A stretch of DNA of 64,000 bases from an uncultured Actinomycetes bacterium (GTDB taxonomy: Bacteria > Actinomycetota > UBA4738 > HRBIN12), in NCBI GenBank assembly GCA_963762075.1, contig CAVXJC010000006.1:33788-97787 (forward strand), written 5' to 3'. Shown here one piece after another: positions 8,869 to 18,147 of the stretch; the stretch's first letter is position 1, and each line of letters starts with the position of its first letter. A program made the position numbers and the translations under genes. Under the pieces are notes generated by a model, which worked only from the letters and a program-made list of their open reading frames with translations, was not told the origin of the DNA and did no database searches.

Positions 8869-9779
8869 CGAGCGACCGCCCGAACGCGCAGGAACCGCCC
8901 GAACAGGGCCAACAGCAGCGCAACGGTCGCCAACAGGAACAGAGCGAGGGTCGAGCCCGTCTGCCAGTCGAGGCCCTTCGTGAACAGGTCCTGGATGGAG
9001 TTGCCGTACATGTAGCCGCTCGTGCCGCCCACGAGCAACGGTGTGACGAACTCACCGATCGTCGGGATGAACACGAACAGGAATGCCGCGAAGACACCCG
9101 AGAGGCTCAGTGGCAGGGTGACCCTCACGAACGTCCGCCATCTGCTGGCGCCAAGGTCGCTCGCCGCCTCGAGCAGGCTGCGGTCGAGGTTGTCGAGGCT
9201 CACGAACACCGGCAGCGCCACGAACGGCACGAAGATGTAGGCGAGCACCAATATCACCGTGAACCGGCTGTACAGGAGCCAGGTGATCGGGTCGCCCCCG
9301 CTCCGCACACCAGCCCACGAAAGGAACGAATTGATCACTCCCGCGTCGCCGAGGATCACCTTCCAGGCGAGCACCCGGAGCAGGAAGCTCGTGAGGAACG
9401 GGGCGATGATCAGCAGCAACAGCACGTACTTGCGCCGTCCGACGCACAGGGCGAGGAAGTAGCCGGTGGGGTACGCGAGCAACACGACGATCGCGGACAC
9501 CGTGAGCGACATGCGGATCGACTTCCAGAACAGGCCCATGTAGACGGACCCACCCGTGAGCAGGCGCTCCCAACTCGCGAGTGACACGATGCCGGTGTCG
9601 CTCGGGAACAGCTCGACGGCCCCGAAGCTGTACGCGGCGACGAACCCGACCGGGATCATGAAGAACAGGAGCAGCCAGAGCAGCGGCCCGGCCAGCAACC
9701 CCGCCGTGCCTCGACGTTCGGCACGGCGCCACCCGCGGCCGGCTGTTCGCTCGCTCGCCGCCGTCTCCCGGCTCGCCAT
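8865..9779 (-). CDS. ABC transporter permease (PotB/PotH-like)
   Basis: Permease with LEAASDLGASRWRTFVRVTLPL motif. ATGA overlap with the downstream permease. Confidence 0.85.
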   Translation of the reverse strand: MASRETAASERTAGRGWRRAERRGTAGLLAGPLLWLLLFFMIPVGFVAAYSFGAVELFPSDTGIVSLASWERLLTGGSVYMGLFWKSIRMSLTVSAIVVLLAYPTGYFLALCVGRRKYVLLLLIIAPFLTSFLLRVLAWKVILGDAGVINSFLSWAGVRSGGDPITWLLYSRFTVILVLAYIFVPFVALPVFVSLDNLDRSLLEAASDLGASRWRTFVRVTLPLSLSGVFAAFLFVFIPTIGEFVTPLLVGGTSGYMYGNSIQDLFTKGLDWQTGSTLALFLLATVALLLALFGRFLRVRAVAR

Positions 9780-9805
9780 CCGCTAGCTCCGGCCGGGAGG
9801 CCGGG

Positions 9806-10978
9806 TCACGCGGCCTGGACCTCGCTCCAGTACTGCTGGTAGATGCTGCGACGTTCGATGTACGTCTCCGGGTGCGAGTTGGGCTCGTCGAGCACCGTCG
9901 GATCGTCGAGACCCAGCGCCGTGCGCACGCCCTCGGGCACGACGTCGAGGTCTGCCGTCGTGTTCGTGTGCCCGTAGTAGTAGTAGGCGAGCAGGAACTC
10001 CGCCGCTTCCTTGCTCGCCCACGAGTCCACGTACTCATGGGCGTGGTAGTAGTTCTCGGAATCGGCGAACAGACCGAGCCCGCACACCCAGGAGATCCGG
10101 CCTTCCTTGGGCTGCATGTACTGGTAGTTCATGCCGGCCGCGTCGGCGTATCCGACGGTATCGGGCCAGGAGTAGCCGGCCCAGACCTCTTCCTTCTTGA
10201 AGGCGAGCCAGAAGTCATAGGACTGGTTCCAGTAGAACCGCACCAGTTCTTTCTTGGAGACGAGGAAGTCGCGCACCTCGGCGAGCTCGTCGTCGGTCAT
10301 GTTCCACGGGTCGGGGATCTCGAGGAAGTAGGCCGCGACGACCATCATGTTGAGGGTGTCGATCCAGGCGATCTTGCCCTTGTAGCGCTCGTCGAACAGC
10401 ACGCCGAACGTCTCGTCACTGCCGTCGACATGGTCGAGGTTCACGAGCGGGGCGATGAAGCCCCAGTCGAGGGGCACGAAGTACTGCTGGCCGTCGAACT
10501 GGCCGGCTTCCATGAGCGTGGGGTTGAGATCGCTGAAGTTCGAGATCAGCGAGGTGTCCCAGGGCTGCATCACCTCGAGGTCGACCCAGTCCTTGTACCG
10601 GTAACCGCACGGGTGGGCCACGTCGTACCGGGCGCCGGCGACGACCTTGGTGTAGCCGGTGTCGTCGTTCTCGTAGAGCGCGAACTCGGGCGTGTCGCCG
10701 GTCGCCTTCGCGTACTGCCCCCAGAGGAACTTCTTCTCTTCCTTCGGGTAGTAGTCGCCGTTGCCGTATCCCGACCAGTCGAAGACCTGAAGTCCGCCGG
10801 GCTCCTGCTCGATCGGAGGCCTGGCGGCTTGTGACGACCCCTGGCTGCCGCTCTGGGGCGTTTCCGCGTCGCGGCACGCGGCCAGCACGCCCGCCATGCT
10901 CACCGCCATGCCCGAATACCCGGCATACCGTAGGAAATCGCGCCGAGCGATGTCGCTGCCGAAACGCCGTGCTGCCAT
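9806..10978 (-). CDS. ABC transporter substrate-binding protein (PotD/PotF family), Tat/lipoprotein signal
   Basis: Start set at MAARRFGSDIARRDFLRYAG (twin-Arg) followed by ...VLAAC. GGAGGG RBS upstream. Family-1 extracellular solute-binding fold. Confidence 0.8.
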   Translation of the reverse strand: MAARRFGSDIARRDFLRYAGYSGMAVSMAGVLAACRDAETPQSGSQGSSQAARPPIEQEPGGLQVFDWSGYGNGDYYPKEEKKFLWGQYAKATGDTPEFALYENDDTGYTKVVAGARYDVAHPCGYRYKDWVDLEVMQPWDTSLISNFSDLNPTLMEAGQFDGQQYFVPLDWGFIAPLVNLDHVDGSDETFGVLFDERYKGKIAWIDTLNMMVVAAYFLEIPDPWNMTDDELAEVRDFLVSKKELVRFYWNQSYDFWLAFKKEEVWAGYSWPDTVGYADAAGMNYQYMQPKEGRISWVCGLGLFADSENYYHAHEYVDSWASKEAAEFLLAYYYYGHTNTTADLDVVPEGVRTALGLDDPTVLDEPNSHPETYIERRSIYQQYWSEVQAA

Positions 10979-11083
10979 GTCCGCGCCCTCCAGTCCTGTC
11001 GGGGACCCCTTGGTGGCCCGTATCATGCGGCAGGCAGACGCACGGGGCAAGGCACGTCCGAACGCAAAGGGGTCGGATCTCGT

Positions 11084-11665
11084 ATGGCGGGTATCGCTCG
11101 CGTCGTCGGGGTGATCGCGATGGCGCTCGTCGGGTGCGCGAGTAGCCCCCCGATGGCCGGCGCGCCGGGTTCGAGCGCTCCGCCTGCGCCGGTCGCGCTG
11201 CCGGTCTCCGCATTGCCCCGCATGACGAGTGACGCATCAACCGTCGATGTCGATCGGCTGGCGAACGAGGTCGTGCACCCCGACGAGCTACGCGCTGTGC
11301 TGGATGATGCCGGCTTCTCCACGGGCGCGCAGCGCTCGTTCGGCGCCGGCACGGGCGCGTTCTCGCGGGTGCTGTCGCGAGGTCTCGCGTTCGAGACCGA
11401 GGCCGGGGCCGCCGCCTTCGTGACGTGGTTCGGCGACAACGCGGGTGAGGAGGTCATCTCGGCCGACCGGATCTCGCCCAGCAGGGTGCCCGAGGGGGTC
11501 GTCGTGTTCCGCCACCTGCCCGACGGCTGCTGCCGCAACGACGTGCCGGTCTACCTGGCGGCCTGGCAACGCGGCCCCTCGGTGCTCTATCTGCACGTCG
11601 GCGGGCGCCGGGCGAACACGCGAGCCTTCGTGGAGCTCATCGAGTCGTACGACCGGGAGGTATGA
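11084..11665 (+). CDS. hypothetical lipoprotein
   Basis: MAGIARVVGVIAMALVGCASS signal/lipobox. Ends at a TGA that overlaps the next ATG (ATGA). Confidence 0.55.
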   Translation: MAGIARVVGVIAMALVGCASSPPMAGAPGSSAPPAPVALPVSALPRMTSDASTVDVDRLANEVVHPDELRAVLDDAGFSTGAQRSFGAGTGAFSRVLSRGLAFETEAGAAAFVTWFGDNAGEEVISADRISPSRVPEGVVVFRHLPDGCCRNDVPVYLAAWQRGPSVLYLHVGGRRANTRAFVELIESYDREV

Positions 11666-12508
11666 CGATGCTCGACCATCTCGAGACCATCGCGACCGGA
11701 CTCGATCACCCTGAAGGGGTCGCCTGGGGCCCCGATGGCCGCCTCTACGCAGGTGGGGAAGCCGGCCAGGTCTACGCGGTCGACGCCGATGGCCGCGTCG
11801 AAGAGATCGCGTCGACCGGCGGGTTCATGTACGGCGTGACGCTCGACGGCGACGGCAACGTCTACGCCTGCGACTTCGGCCGCGCCGAGATCGCGCTCGT
11901 GACGCCCGGCGGTTCCGTCTCGTCCTACTCGACAGGAACGACCGAGCACCGGATCCGGGTTCCGAACTTCACGGCCTTCGACGACCAGGGGAACCTCTTC
12001 TTGACGGACTCGGGCACGTGGGGCGCCGACGACGGGCTCCTGTTCAAGGTATCGGCCGGCCGGGACCGAGGTATGGTCCACCGCGGTGCCGGGATTCCCG
12101 AACGGGTGCTGTCTCTCGACCGCCGGAGACGCCCTGCTCGTGGTCGAGTCGAGCCGGCGTCGGGTCGTGAGCGTGCCGATCCGATCCGACGGCTCGGCGG
12201 GCGCGCCCGAGCCGGTGGCCGACCTCACCGGGTCACAGCCCGATGGCATCGCCCTCGCCGCCGACGGCACGATGTTCGTCGGGTGCTACCGGCCCGATCG
12301 GGTCTGGCGCATCCCACCCGGCGGCAGGCCGGAGGTTCTGCTCGACGATCCCGACGGGGTGTCGCTGAACCAACCGGCGAACGTCGCGTTCATGGGACCC
12401 GAGCTCGACGGTCTGGCGATCTCGAGCCTCGGTGGATGGAGCATCGTCGCCCTCGATGTCGGAGTCGCCGGACTCCCCCTGCGGTACCCGAAGCCTGCCC
12501 AGACATGA
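11662..12508 (+). pseudogene. SMP-30/gluconolactonase/LRE-family beta-propeller protein, frameshifted
   Basis: N-terminal half sits in the frame of ORF 11662 (TGLDHPEGVAWGPDGRLYAGG...NLFLTDSG). C-terminal half sits in the frame of ORF 12086 (GFPNGCCLSTAGDALLVVES...). A +1 shift occurs at a GCCGGG run near 12085-12095. Confidence 0.6.
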
Positions 12509-12526
12509 TCGGCCGGGATGCGCAGG

Positions 12527-12550
12527 GCCCGCTCTTCAGGCGGGCGGTTT
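12527..12550 (+). terminator. GC hairpin (GCCCGC-7nt-GCGGGC) followed by GGTTTGGGG; terminator-like, between convergent SMP-30 and zwf genes
   Basis: Perfect 6-bp inverted repeat seen in sequence immediately after the plus-gene stop. Confidence 0.35.
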
Positions 12551-13915
12551 GGGGTCGTGCCATCCTCCGTCGCCTGCGATCAGATCGTCGGCTTCGCCCG
12601 GGCCCCACGAACCCGGCTCGTAGGCGACGACCGGCGTCGCTCCGTCGAGGATCGGATCGACGACCCGCCACGAGGCCTCCACGATGTCCTGGCGTGAGAA
12701 CAGCTCGGCATCGCCTTCGAGCGCGTCGGTGAGCAGCCGCTCGTAGGCTTGCATGCCCTCGCCGGGTTGGTGGTGGGCGACGAGGTCGACGTCGTCGCCG
12801 ACCATGTCATCTCCGGGCACCTTCGTCCGGGCGGCGAGGGTGATCCCCACGTCGGGCCCGAGCCGGAAGACGACGTGGTTCGGGTGACCCGCTCGCGGTT
12901 CGCCGAACACGTCGCGCGGTGGTCGCTTCAGCTCCACGAGCACCTCCGTCGCCGTGAGCGGCAACCGTTTCCCCGCCCTGATGTAGAAGGGCACTCCCGC
13001 CCATCGCCAGCTCTCGACTTCGAGGCGCAGGGCGACATACGTCTCGGTCTGCGAACCCGTCGCTACTCCGTCGGCATCTCGATAGCCCGCGAACTGCCCG
13101 CGCACGACATCGCTGGGCTCAAGGGGGCGGATCGCTTCCAGCAACCTGACACGTTCTCCCAGGAAGACCTCACGGTCCGATCCGGAGGGAGGGTCCATCG
13201 CGACCAGCGCCATGACCTGCAGCAGGTGGTTCTGCACCACGTCGCGGATTGCACCGACGTTGTCGTAGAAGCGTTCCCGGCCACCCAAGCCGAAGCTCTC
13301 CGCCATGGTGATCTGCACGCTGTCGACGTAATGGCGGTTCCAGAATGGCTCGAGGAACGTGTTCGCGAACCGGAAATAGACGAGGTTCTGCACCGGTTCC
13401 TTGCCGAGGAAGTGATCGATGCGGAAGATCGATCGCTCCGGGAACACGGCGGTGACTGCCTCGTTCAATCGCTGCGCCGAGGCGAGGTCGCGACCGAACG
13501 GCTTCTCGACCACGACGCTTCCATCGGCGCATCCGACGCGCGCGAGGTGTTGGATCACGATCTCGAACATCGATGGCGGGATCGCGAGGTAGTGCAGAGG
13601 CCTTCGATGGTCTCCCAGGGCAGCCTTCAACCGGTCGAACGTGTCGGGATCGGTGTAGTCGCCGTCGACGTAGCGAAGTCTCGATGCGAGATGGCCGAAC
13701 GACGCCTCGTCGAAGTCTGGCCTGCCTTCGAGGGCGGCGCGCATGTGCGTCTGGAACTTCTCGAGGTCCCAGCCCGACCGCGCGACGCCGACGATCGGAA
13801 CGTCGAGGTTCCCGCGGCGGACCATCGCCTGGAGGGCGGGGATGATCTTCTGCTCCGCGAGGTCACCCGTGATGCCGAAGATCACGAGCGCGTCGGATCG
13901 CCGCGCGGTCACCAC
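12536..13915 (-). CDS. zwf: glucose-6-phosphate dehydrogenase
   Basis: ALVIFGITGDLA NADP motif, RIDHFLGKE active-site motif, and further G6PD blocks. GTG start chosen 1 nt after the upstream TGA. Upstream in-frame residues are Arg/Ser-rich overlap with the preceding gene. Confidence 0.9.
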   Translation of the reverse strand: MVTARRSDALVIFGITGDLAEQKIIPALQAMVRRGNLDVPIVGVARSGWDLEKFQTHMRAALEGRPDFDEASFGHLASRLRYVDGDYTDPDTFDRLKAALGDHRRPLHYLAIPPSMFEIVIQHLARVGCADGSVVVEKPFGRDLASAQRLNEAVTAVFPERSIFRIDHFLGKEPVQNLVYFRFANTFLEPFWNRHYVDSVQITMAESFGLGGRERFYDNVGAIRDVVQNHLLQVMALVAMDPPSGSDREVFLGERVRLLEAIRPLEPSDVVRGQFAGYRDADGVATGSQTETYVALRLEVESWRWAGVPFYIRAGKRLPLTATEVLVELKRPPRDVFGEPRAGHPNHVVFRLGPDVGITLAARTKVPGDDMVGDDVDLVAHHQPGEGMQAYERLLTDALEGDAELFSRQDIVEASWRVVDPILDGATPVVAYEPGSWGPGEADDLIAGDGGWHDPKPPA

Positions 13916-13916
13916 C

Positions 13917-14381
13917 TCAGGGTCGTCCCGAGTCGGCCTGCAGCTCCTGGAGCCATCCCTTGAGGCGCGGAAGGTGCTCGCGGTAGTGATCCGGGCCGGA
14001 CTTGCGGATCCAGCGGGAGGCGACATCGTCCTGCGCCACGACCTCGTTCCATGCTCGGAGCATCCTCGACCGTGCTGCATTCGCTTGTGATGTCACGTCC
14101 TTCAGCGATATGTCCCGCATGGCGTCGAGGAACCGTTCGTTCATCTCATCGATCTCATCGGTTCGCAGCTCGACGTATGTTCCCGAGTGGAGCTGCTCGA
14201 GCGCCACTCCCGCTTCCGCGAGCCACGTGCCGATGTGTGCGAGTGCGTCCTTCGCCGACCACCCCTCGTCGAAGTAGCCGCGTGCGAGCGCCTGCTCCGG
14301 GGTGAACGAGGCCATCGTCGCGCGCAGCTCGTGCCAGAGCTTGTCCTCGTCGGCCATGAGCGTTGCGTCGAGGTGAGCCAT
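13917..14381 (-). CDS. ClbS/DfsB-like (DUF1706) four-helix-bundle family protein
   Basis: 154 aa starting at MAHLDATLMADEDKLWHEL, with an AGGGAG RBS. WSAKDALAHIGTW and C-terminal DHYREHLPRLKGWL resemble the DUF1706/ClbS signature. A DinB_2-like fold is the alternative. Confidence 0.55.
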   Translation of the reverse strand: MAHLDATLMADEDKLWHELRATMASFTPEQALARGYFDEGWSAKDALAHIGTWLAEAGVALEQLHSGTYVELRTDEIDEMNERFLDAMRDISLKDVTSQANAARSRMLRAWNEVVAQDDVASRWIRKSGPDHYREHLPRLKGWLQELQADSGRP

Positions 14382-14391
14382 CGGTCGCTCC

Positions 14392-14922
14392 CTACGCCGG
14401 GGCTCGCTCGCCGTCAGACCTGATGCCTCCGGGCGTGTCGGGGCCGTAGCGCTGCTTCTCGCGTTCGAGGTCGAGCCGGCCGATGCGTTTGCGCGCCGCC
14501 AGCGCGTCGTCGTCGAGCCGTTCGGCGGGAACGATCCACGCGATCTCGAACTCGAGCCCGTCGGGATCGGCCCCGTAGAGGCTCTTCGTCGTTCCGTGGT
14601 CGCTCGAGCCTCCGAGAGAGCCATCGGCGGCCAACACGCCCGCCAGCCGCTCGAGCTCGGCGAGCGTGTCGACTTCCCACGCAAGGTGGTACAGGCCGAC
14701 CGTCGAACGGCCGGCCCCCGAGGCTCCGACCTCGGATCCCACCTCGAAGAGCCCGAGGTCATGGTCGTTGATCGAGCCGGGCGCCTGCAAGAAGGCTGCA
14801 CCCGTGAACCCTTCCGGCGTCATCGGGATGACTCGGAACCCGAGGATGTCGGTGTAGAAGCGCACGCTGGCCGCAAGGTCGCGAACGTAGAGCACGGCGT
14901 GATTCAGTCGGGTGATGGGCAT
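14392..14922 (-). CDS. VOC (glyoxalase/bleomycin-resistance/dioxygenase) family protein
   Basis: MPITRLNHAVLYVRDLAASVRFYTDILGF VOC N-terminus. First gene of the VOC-ClbS-like-zwf operon. Confidence 0.8.
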   Translation of the reverse strand: MPITRLNHAVLYVRDLAASVRFYTDILGFRVIPMTPEGFTGAAFLQAPGSINDHDLGLFEVGSEVGASGAGRSTVGLYHLAWEVDTLAELERLAGVLAADGSLGGSSDHGTTKSLYGADPDGLEFEIAWIVPAERLDDDALAARKRIGRLDLEREKQRYGPDTPGGIRSDGERAPA

Positions 14923-15066
14923 GGCTGCCTCCCTGGTCTCTCTTCAGGCAGTGAACCAGACTTGGACGTTTGCGTGAACAGTTCGCGACTCGACTGGTGT
15001 TGGCTACCGACGTGTCGCTACCTTGTCGGTGTGGTCTTCCCCCTTGACCCACAGGGCACCGATTGG

Positions 15067-16515
15067 ATGCGAGCCCTCGCGGATCACTACGAAGCGGTCC
15101 GCGGCGACTTTCCCGACCATGAGCTGTGCGTCGTCTTCGATATCGACGGCACCATCCTGGATCTTCGACATCTCGTGGTCCACGCGTTGTTGATGTTCGA
15201 CCGCGTCCGTGAGACCGAGATCTTCCACGGTCTGGTGGCCGAGGACGTCGTGGTATCTGAGAATCAGATCGATGCGCTGCTCGACAGCCTCGAGGTGGCG
15301 CCGAGGCAGCGAGACGATGTCGCGGCGTTCTATCTCGCGCACCTTTGGGACGAGAGCGGAGTGATCGCGGCGAGCGCCCCGTATCGCGGCGTGCTGGGTG
15401 TGATCCGCTGGTTCCAGATGCAGGCCGGTACCCACGTCGCGTTGAACACGGGCCGGGCAGAGTCCATGCGCCGCATCACCCTCGACTCTTTGAACGCCGT
15501 CGGTGAAGCCGCACGCGTACGCTTCGAGCCCGAACTGCTCTTCATGCGGAGCGGCGAGATGACCGTGTCGCAAGCGAAATCTGCGGCCTTGAACGAGCTG
15601 TGCGCTCGGGGCTTCCGCATCGTCGCGGTCGTCGACAACGAGCCGGAGAACCTCGCCGCGATGGCAGAGTCGCACGACGCGCAGGGGATGATGTTCCTTC
15701 ACGCCGACACGATCTTCGAGTCACAACGCTCTGAGGGGCTGACCGCGGTGACCGGCACGGCGTACGAGCTCGGAGGACTCATCGGCGAAGATCGCCTCAA
15801 GGAGCACGTCGAGCTCGTCTGGCACGGCGTCAACGACGAGGAGAACCTGCGGCACTATCTGGACTCGGGCATCACGTGGGCCGAGATCGACGTTCGTCGC
15901 GACCCAGTGGGGCGACTCGTTCTGCGCCACGATGGCTTCGACGAACGCGCATGGAACCGCGACGAACGCTCGATGCCGGCAGAGCCGACCATCGACGCGC
16001 TCGCTACTGCGGGCCGATCGATCAAGCTCGACGTCAAGGAGAACGGCGGCACGCTCCAAGCCGCCCTTGACCTGATCCGCGAGCTCGAGATCAGCGCCGA
16101 GCGCGTGTGGTTCAACGCCGAGATCCAGGTCGTCGGCGCCTCGGGCTTCGAGACCTTCGGCAGCCGGTACCCGGGTTCCACCGCATCGTGCCCGATCGAC
16201 TTCCTCGTTCCGCTGCTCGAGGTTGCGCCCGACGAGGCCGACATGGTCCTGGAGCGCCTGCGTTCATGGGGCCTGAACCGTCTCTCGGTGAAGTGGGGAA
16301 GCCGAGTGCGGCACATCATCGGCGAGCTCGAGCGGCGCGGCTGGGAGACGAACATCTACGCCGTGCCCGACCTGCAATCGTTCCTGGAAGCCGCCGTGTT
16401 GCTGCCGACGTCGGTGACCGCGGACTTCAACTTTCCGGCCTGGCGCTACTACGGTCGAGGCTCAGGCCAGCATGGCGTACTGCATCGGTACGAGTCCCAC
16501 GCTCTGCTCGGGTGA
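15067..16515 (+). CDS. HAD-family hydrolase fused to a glycerophosphodiester-phosphodiesterase-like (PI-PLC fold) domain
   Basis: Start set at MRALADHYE, after the upstream minus-strand gene. HAD motif I is VVFDIDGTILD. C-terminal half has HG.NDEEN...EIDVRRDPVGRLVLRHD, a GDPD-type pattern. Confidence 0.65.
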   Translation: MRALADHYEAVRGDFPDHELCVVFDIDGTILDLRHLVVHALLMFDRVRETEIFHGLVAEDVVVSENQIDALLDSLEVAPRQRDDVAAFYLAHLWDESGVIAASAPYRGVLGVIRWFQMQAGTHVALNTGRAESMRRITLDSLNAVGEAARVRFEPELLFMRSGEMTVSQAKSAALNELCARGFRIVAVVDNEPENLAAMAESHDAQGMMFLHADTIFESQRSEGLTAVTGTAYELGGLIGEDRLKEHVELVWHGVNDEENLRHYLDSGITWAEIDVRRDPVGRLVLRHDGFDERAWNRDERSMPAEPTIDALATAGRSIKLDVKENGGTLQAALDLIRELEISAERVWFNAEIQVVGASGFETFGSRYPGSTASCPIDFLVPLLEVAPDEADMVLERLRSWGLNRLSVKWGSRVRHIIGELERRGWETNIYAVPDLQSFLEAAVLLPTSVTADFNFPAWRYYGRGSGQHGVLHRYESHALLG

Positions 16516-16584
16516 CTCGAAGGGCTCAAGTGTGGCAGCGATCCACCCGGTGACCGGCAACTCGTCGGTGCGGCTACATTGCAT

Positions 16585-18079
16585 GCGATGACCGGGACCG
16601 GCGCGGTGCCGGGTCAGCGACCCTTGGAGGTGGAGGCCTGGAGACCGCGACGCAGACGCTGCACCGTCTCACGTCATACGAGCCTGGCCGTGACTGGGAC
16701 GAACCCATAGACGACCCTCGCGTCTTGCAGGATCTCGAGGTCAACGACCTGGCCCGCTTCCCGTGGTTCTACAAGCGGTACGAGCAGTCGTTGCCTCGTG
16801 TGCCACTCCCCCGCCGACCTGCCGCCAACCAGAGCCCCGGCCGTCGCCGTGCTCGCAGGCACTGCCGCGGTCGCCCACACCGAGCTGGACCTGCCGCACC
16901 TCTCTCGGTTGCTCCACTTGTCCTCCGGGGTCGTGAGAACGATGGAGCGGCCGTATGCGACGTGGCTGTTCCGCGCCGCCGGGTCCGCGGGAGGCCGTTT
17001 CCCTCTCGAGGTGTACGTCTCCGTTCCGGACGGCATCGGGCTGCCGGCAGGGGTGCACTGGTACGACCCGCGCGATCACGCCCTCGTCAAGGTCGGACCG
17101 CCTCCGCGCGGAGGCGCGCCCGCCGTCGTCGTCACCGGCGTCCCGTGGCGTACCGGCTGGCGCTACCGCGAGCGTGGCTACCGGCACGTCTACTGGGATG
17201 CCGGCACCATGCTCGCCCAGCTGCTCACGGGGGCCGACTCAGCGGGGATCACGGCGCGGCTGTACACCCGCTTCCCTGACGCGGCGGTCGCTGCGCTCGT
17301 CGGCGCCGACGGGGTGCACGAATGGCCCGTGGCCGTCGTCGCGCTCGGCGATGGCGTGCCTGCGATCGACGGCGACCGATGCAGCCGCCGTGGGGGACGT
17401 CGACGCGGCTCCGGTCGAGTTCCCGCTCGTCACGATCGCGCAGCAGGCGGGTGCACGCGACACGCTCGGGCGACCGTGGAACCGCGGCGCCCCGGTCGAT
17501 GTGCCTGCGCAAGGAGGTGATCCGGTCGAGACGGTCGTGCTCGCGCGCGGGTCGCAGCGCCGCATGGACCCGACCCGCGGCCTGCCGGCGAGCGTACTGC
17601 GAACATCGCTCGACGCGGCGCTTCGTGACGTCACGCTCCCCCACTTCGTCGTGGTCCACGACGTCGAGGCGCACACGCCGGGTGTCTACCGCCATCCGAA
17701 CCTTGCGGATCCGGTGCGGGCAGGTGCGATGCGATCTCAGCTCTACCGGGTGTGCCTCGAGCAGGGGCTCGCTCGAGACGCGGCGTTCGTCGTGATCGGC
17801 GCGACCGACGTCGGCGCCCTCGACGACCGGGAGTACCGCGAGGCGCAGCTCGCCGCCGGTCTGGTCGAAGGCAGGCTGCACCTGCTGGCCTACGCGCTCG
17901 GCGCGAGCGCCTCCGGGATGACGTTCATCGACAGCGAGGTGCCGGCGCTGATCGGCGAGCGGCTGGACGCGCTGCTCTTCACTTGCGTCGGCGTGCCGGA
18001 ATACACGTCGGCGGTCGGCGGCTCGCCCGGCGTGCCGACCGCCGTACGCAAGGTGAGCAGAGCGATGACGTCACGCTGA
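16585..18079 (+). pseudogene. SagB/ThcOx-type (nitroreductase-fold) dehydrogenase, two-domain, at least three frameshifts
   Basis: Conserved N-terminal block LHRLTSYEPGRDWDEP...FPWFYKRYEQSLPRVPLPR lies in a frame with no start codon after its upstream stop. Domain 1 (RAAGSAGGRFPLEVYVSV...YRHVYWDAGTMLAQLL) is in a second frame. Domain 2 (RRMDPTRGLPASVL...GMTFIDSEV) is in a third. Shifts fall near 16640, near 16815 (C5 run) and near 17385. Confidence 0.5.
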
Positions 18080-18147
18080 GAAGGTTCGAGGACCACCGGT
18101 TCCGTGACGAGGTCGAGGAATCGGTCGCAGATGCCGATACGCCCGGT

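Noticed and set aside
8072-9097. 341-aa alternative-frame ORF across the two ABC permease genes
   Set aside because: Arg/Ala-rich alternate frame typical of high-GC DNA. The permease frames have clear TM and EAA motifs.
14596-15066. N-terminal 157 aa of the 639-aa HAD-GDPD ORF
   Set aside because: It runs antisense through the VOC gene. The HAD DxDGT motif begins only after the internal Met at 15067.
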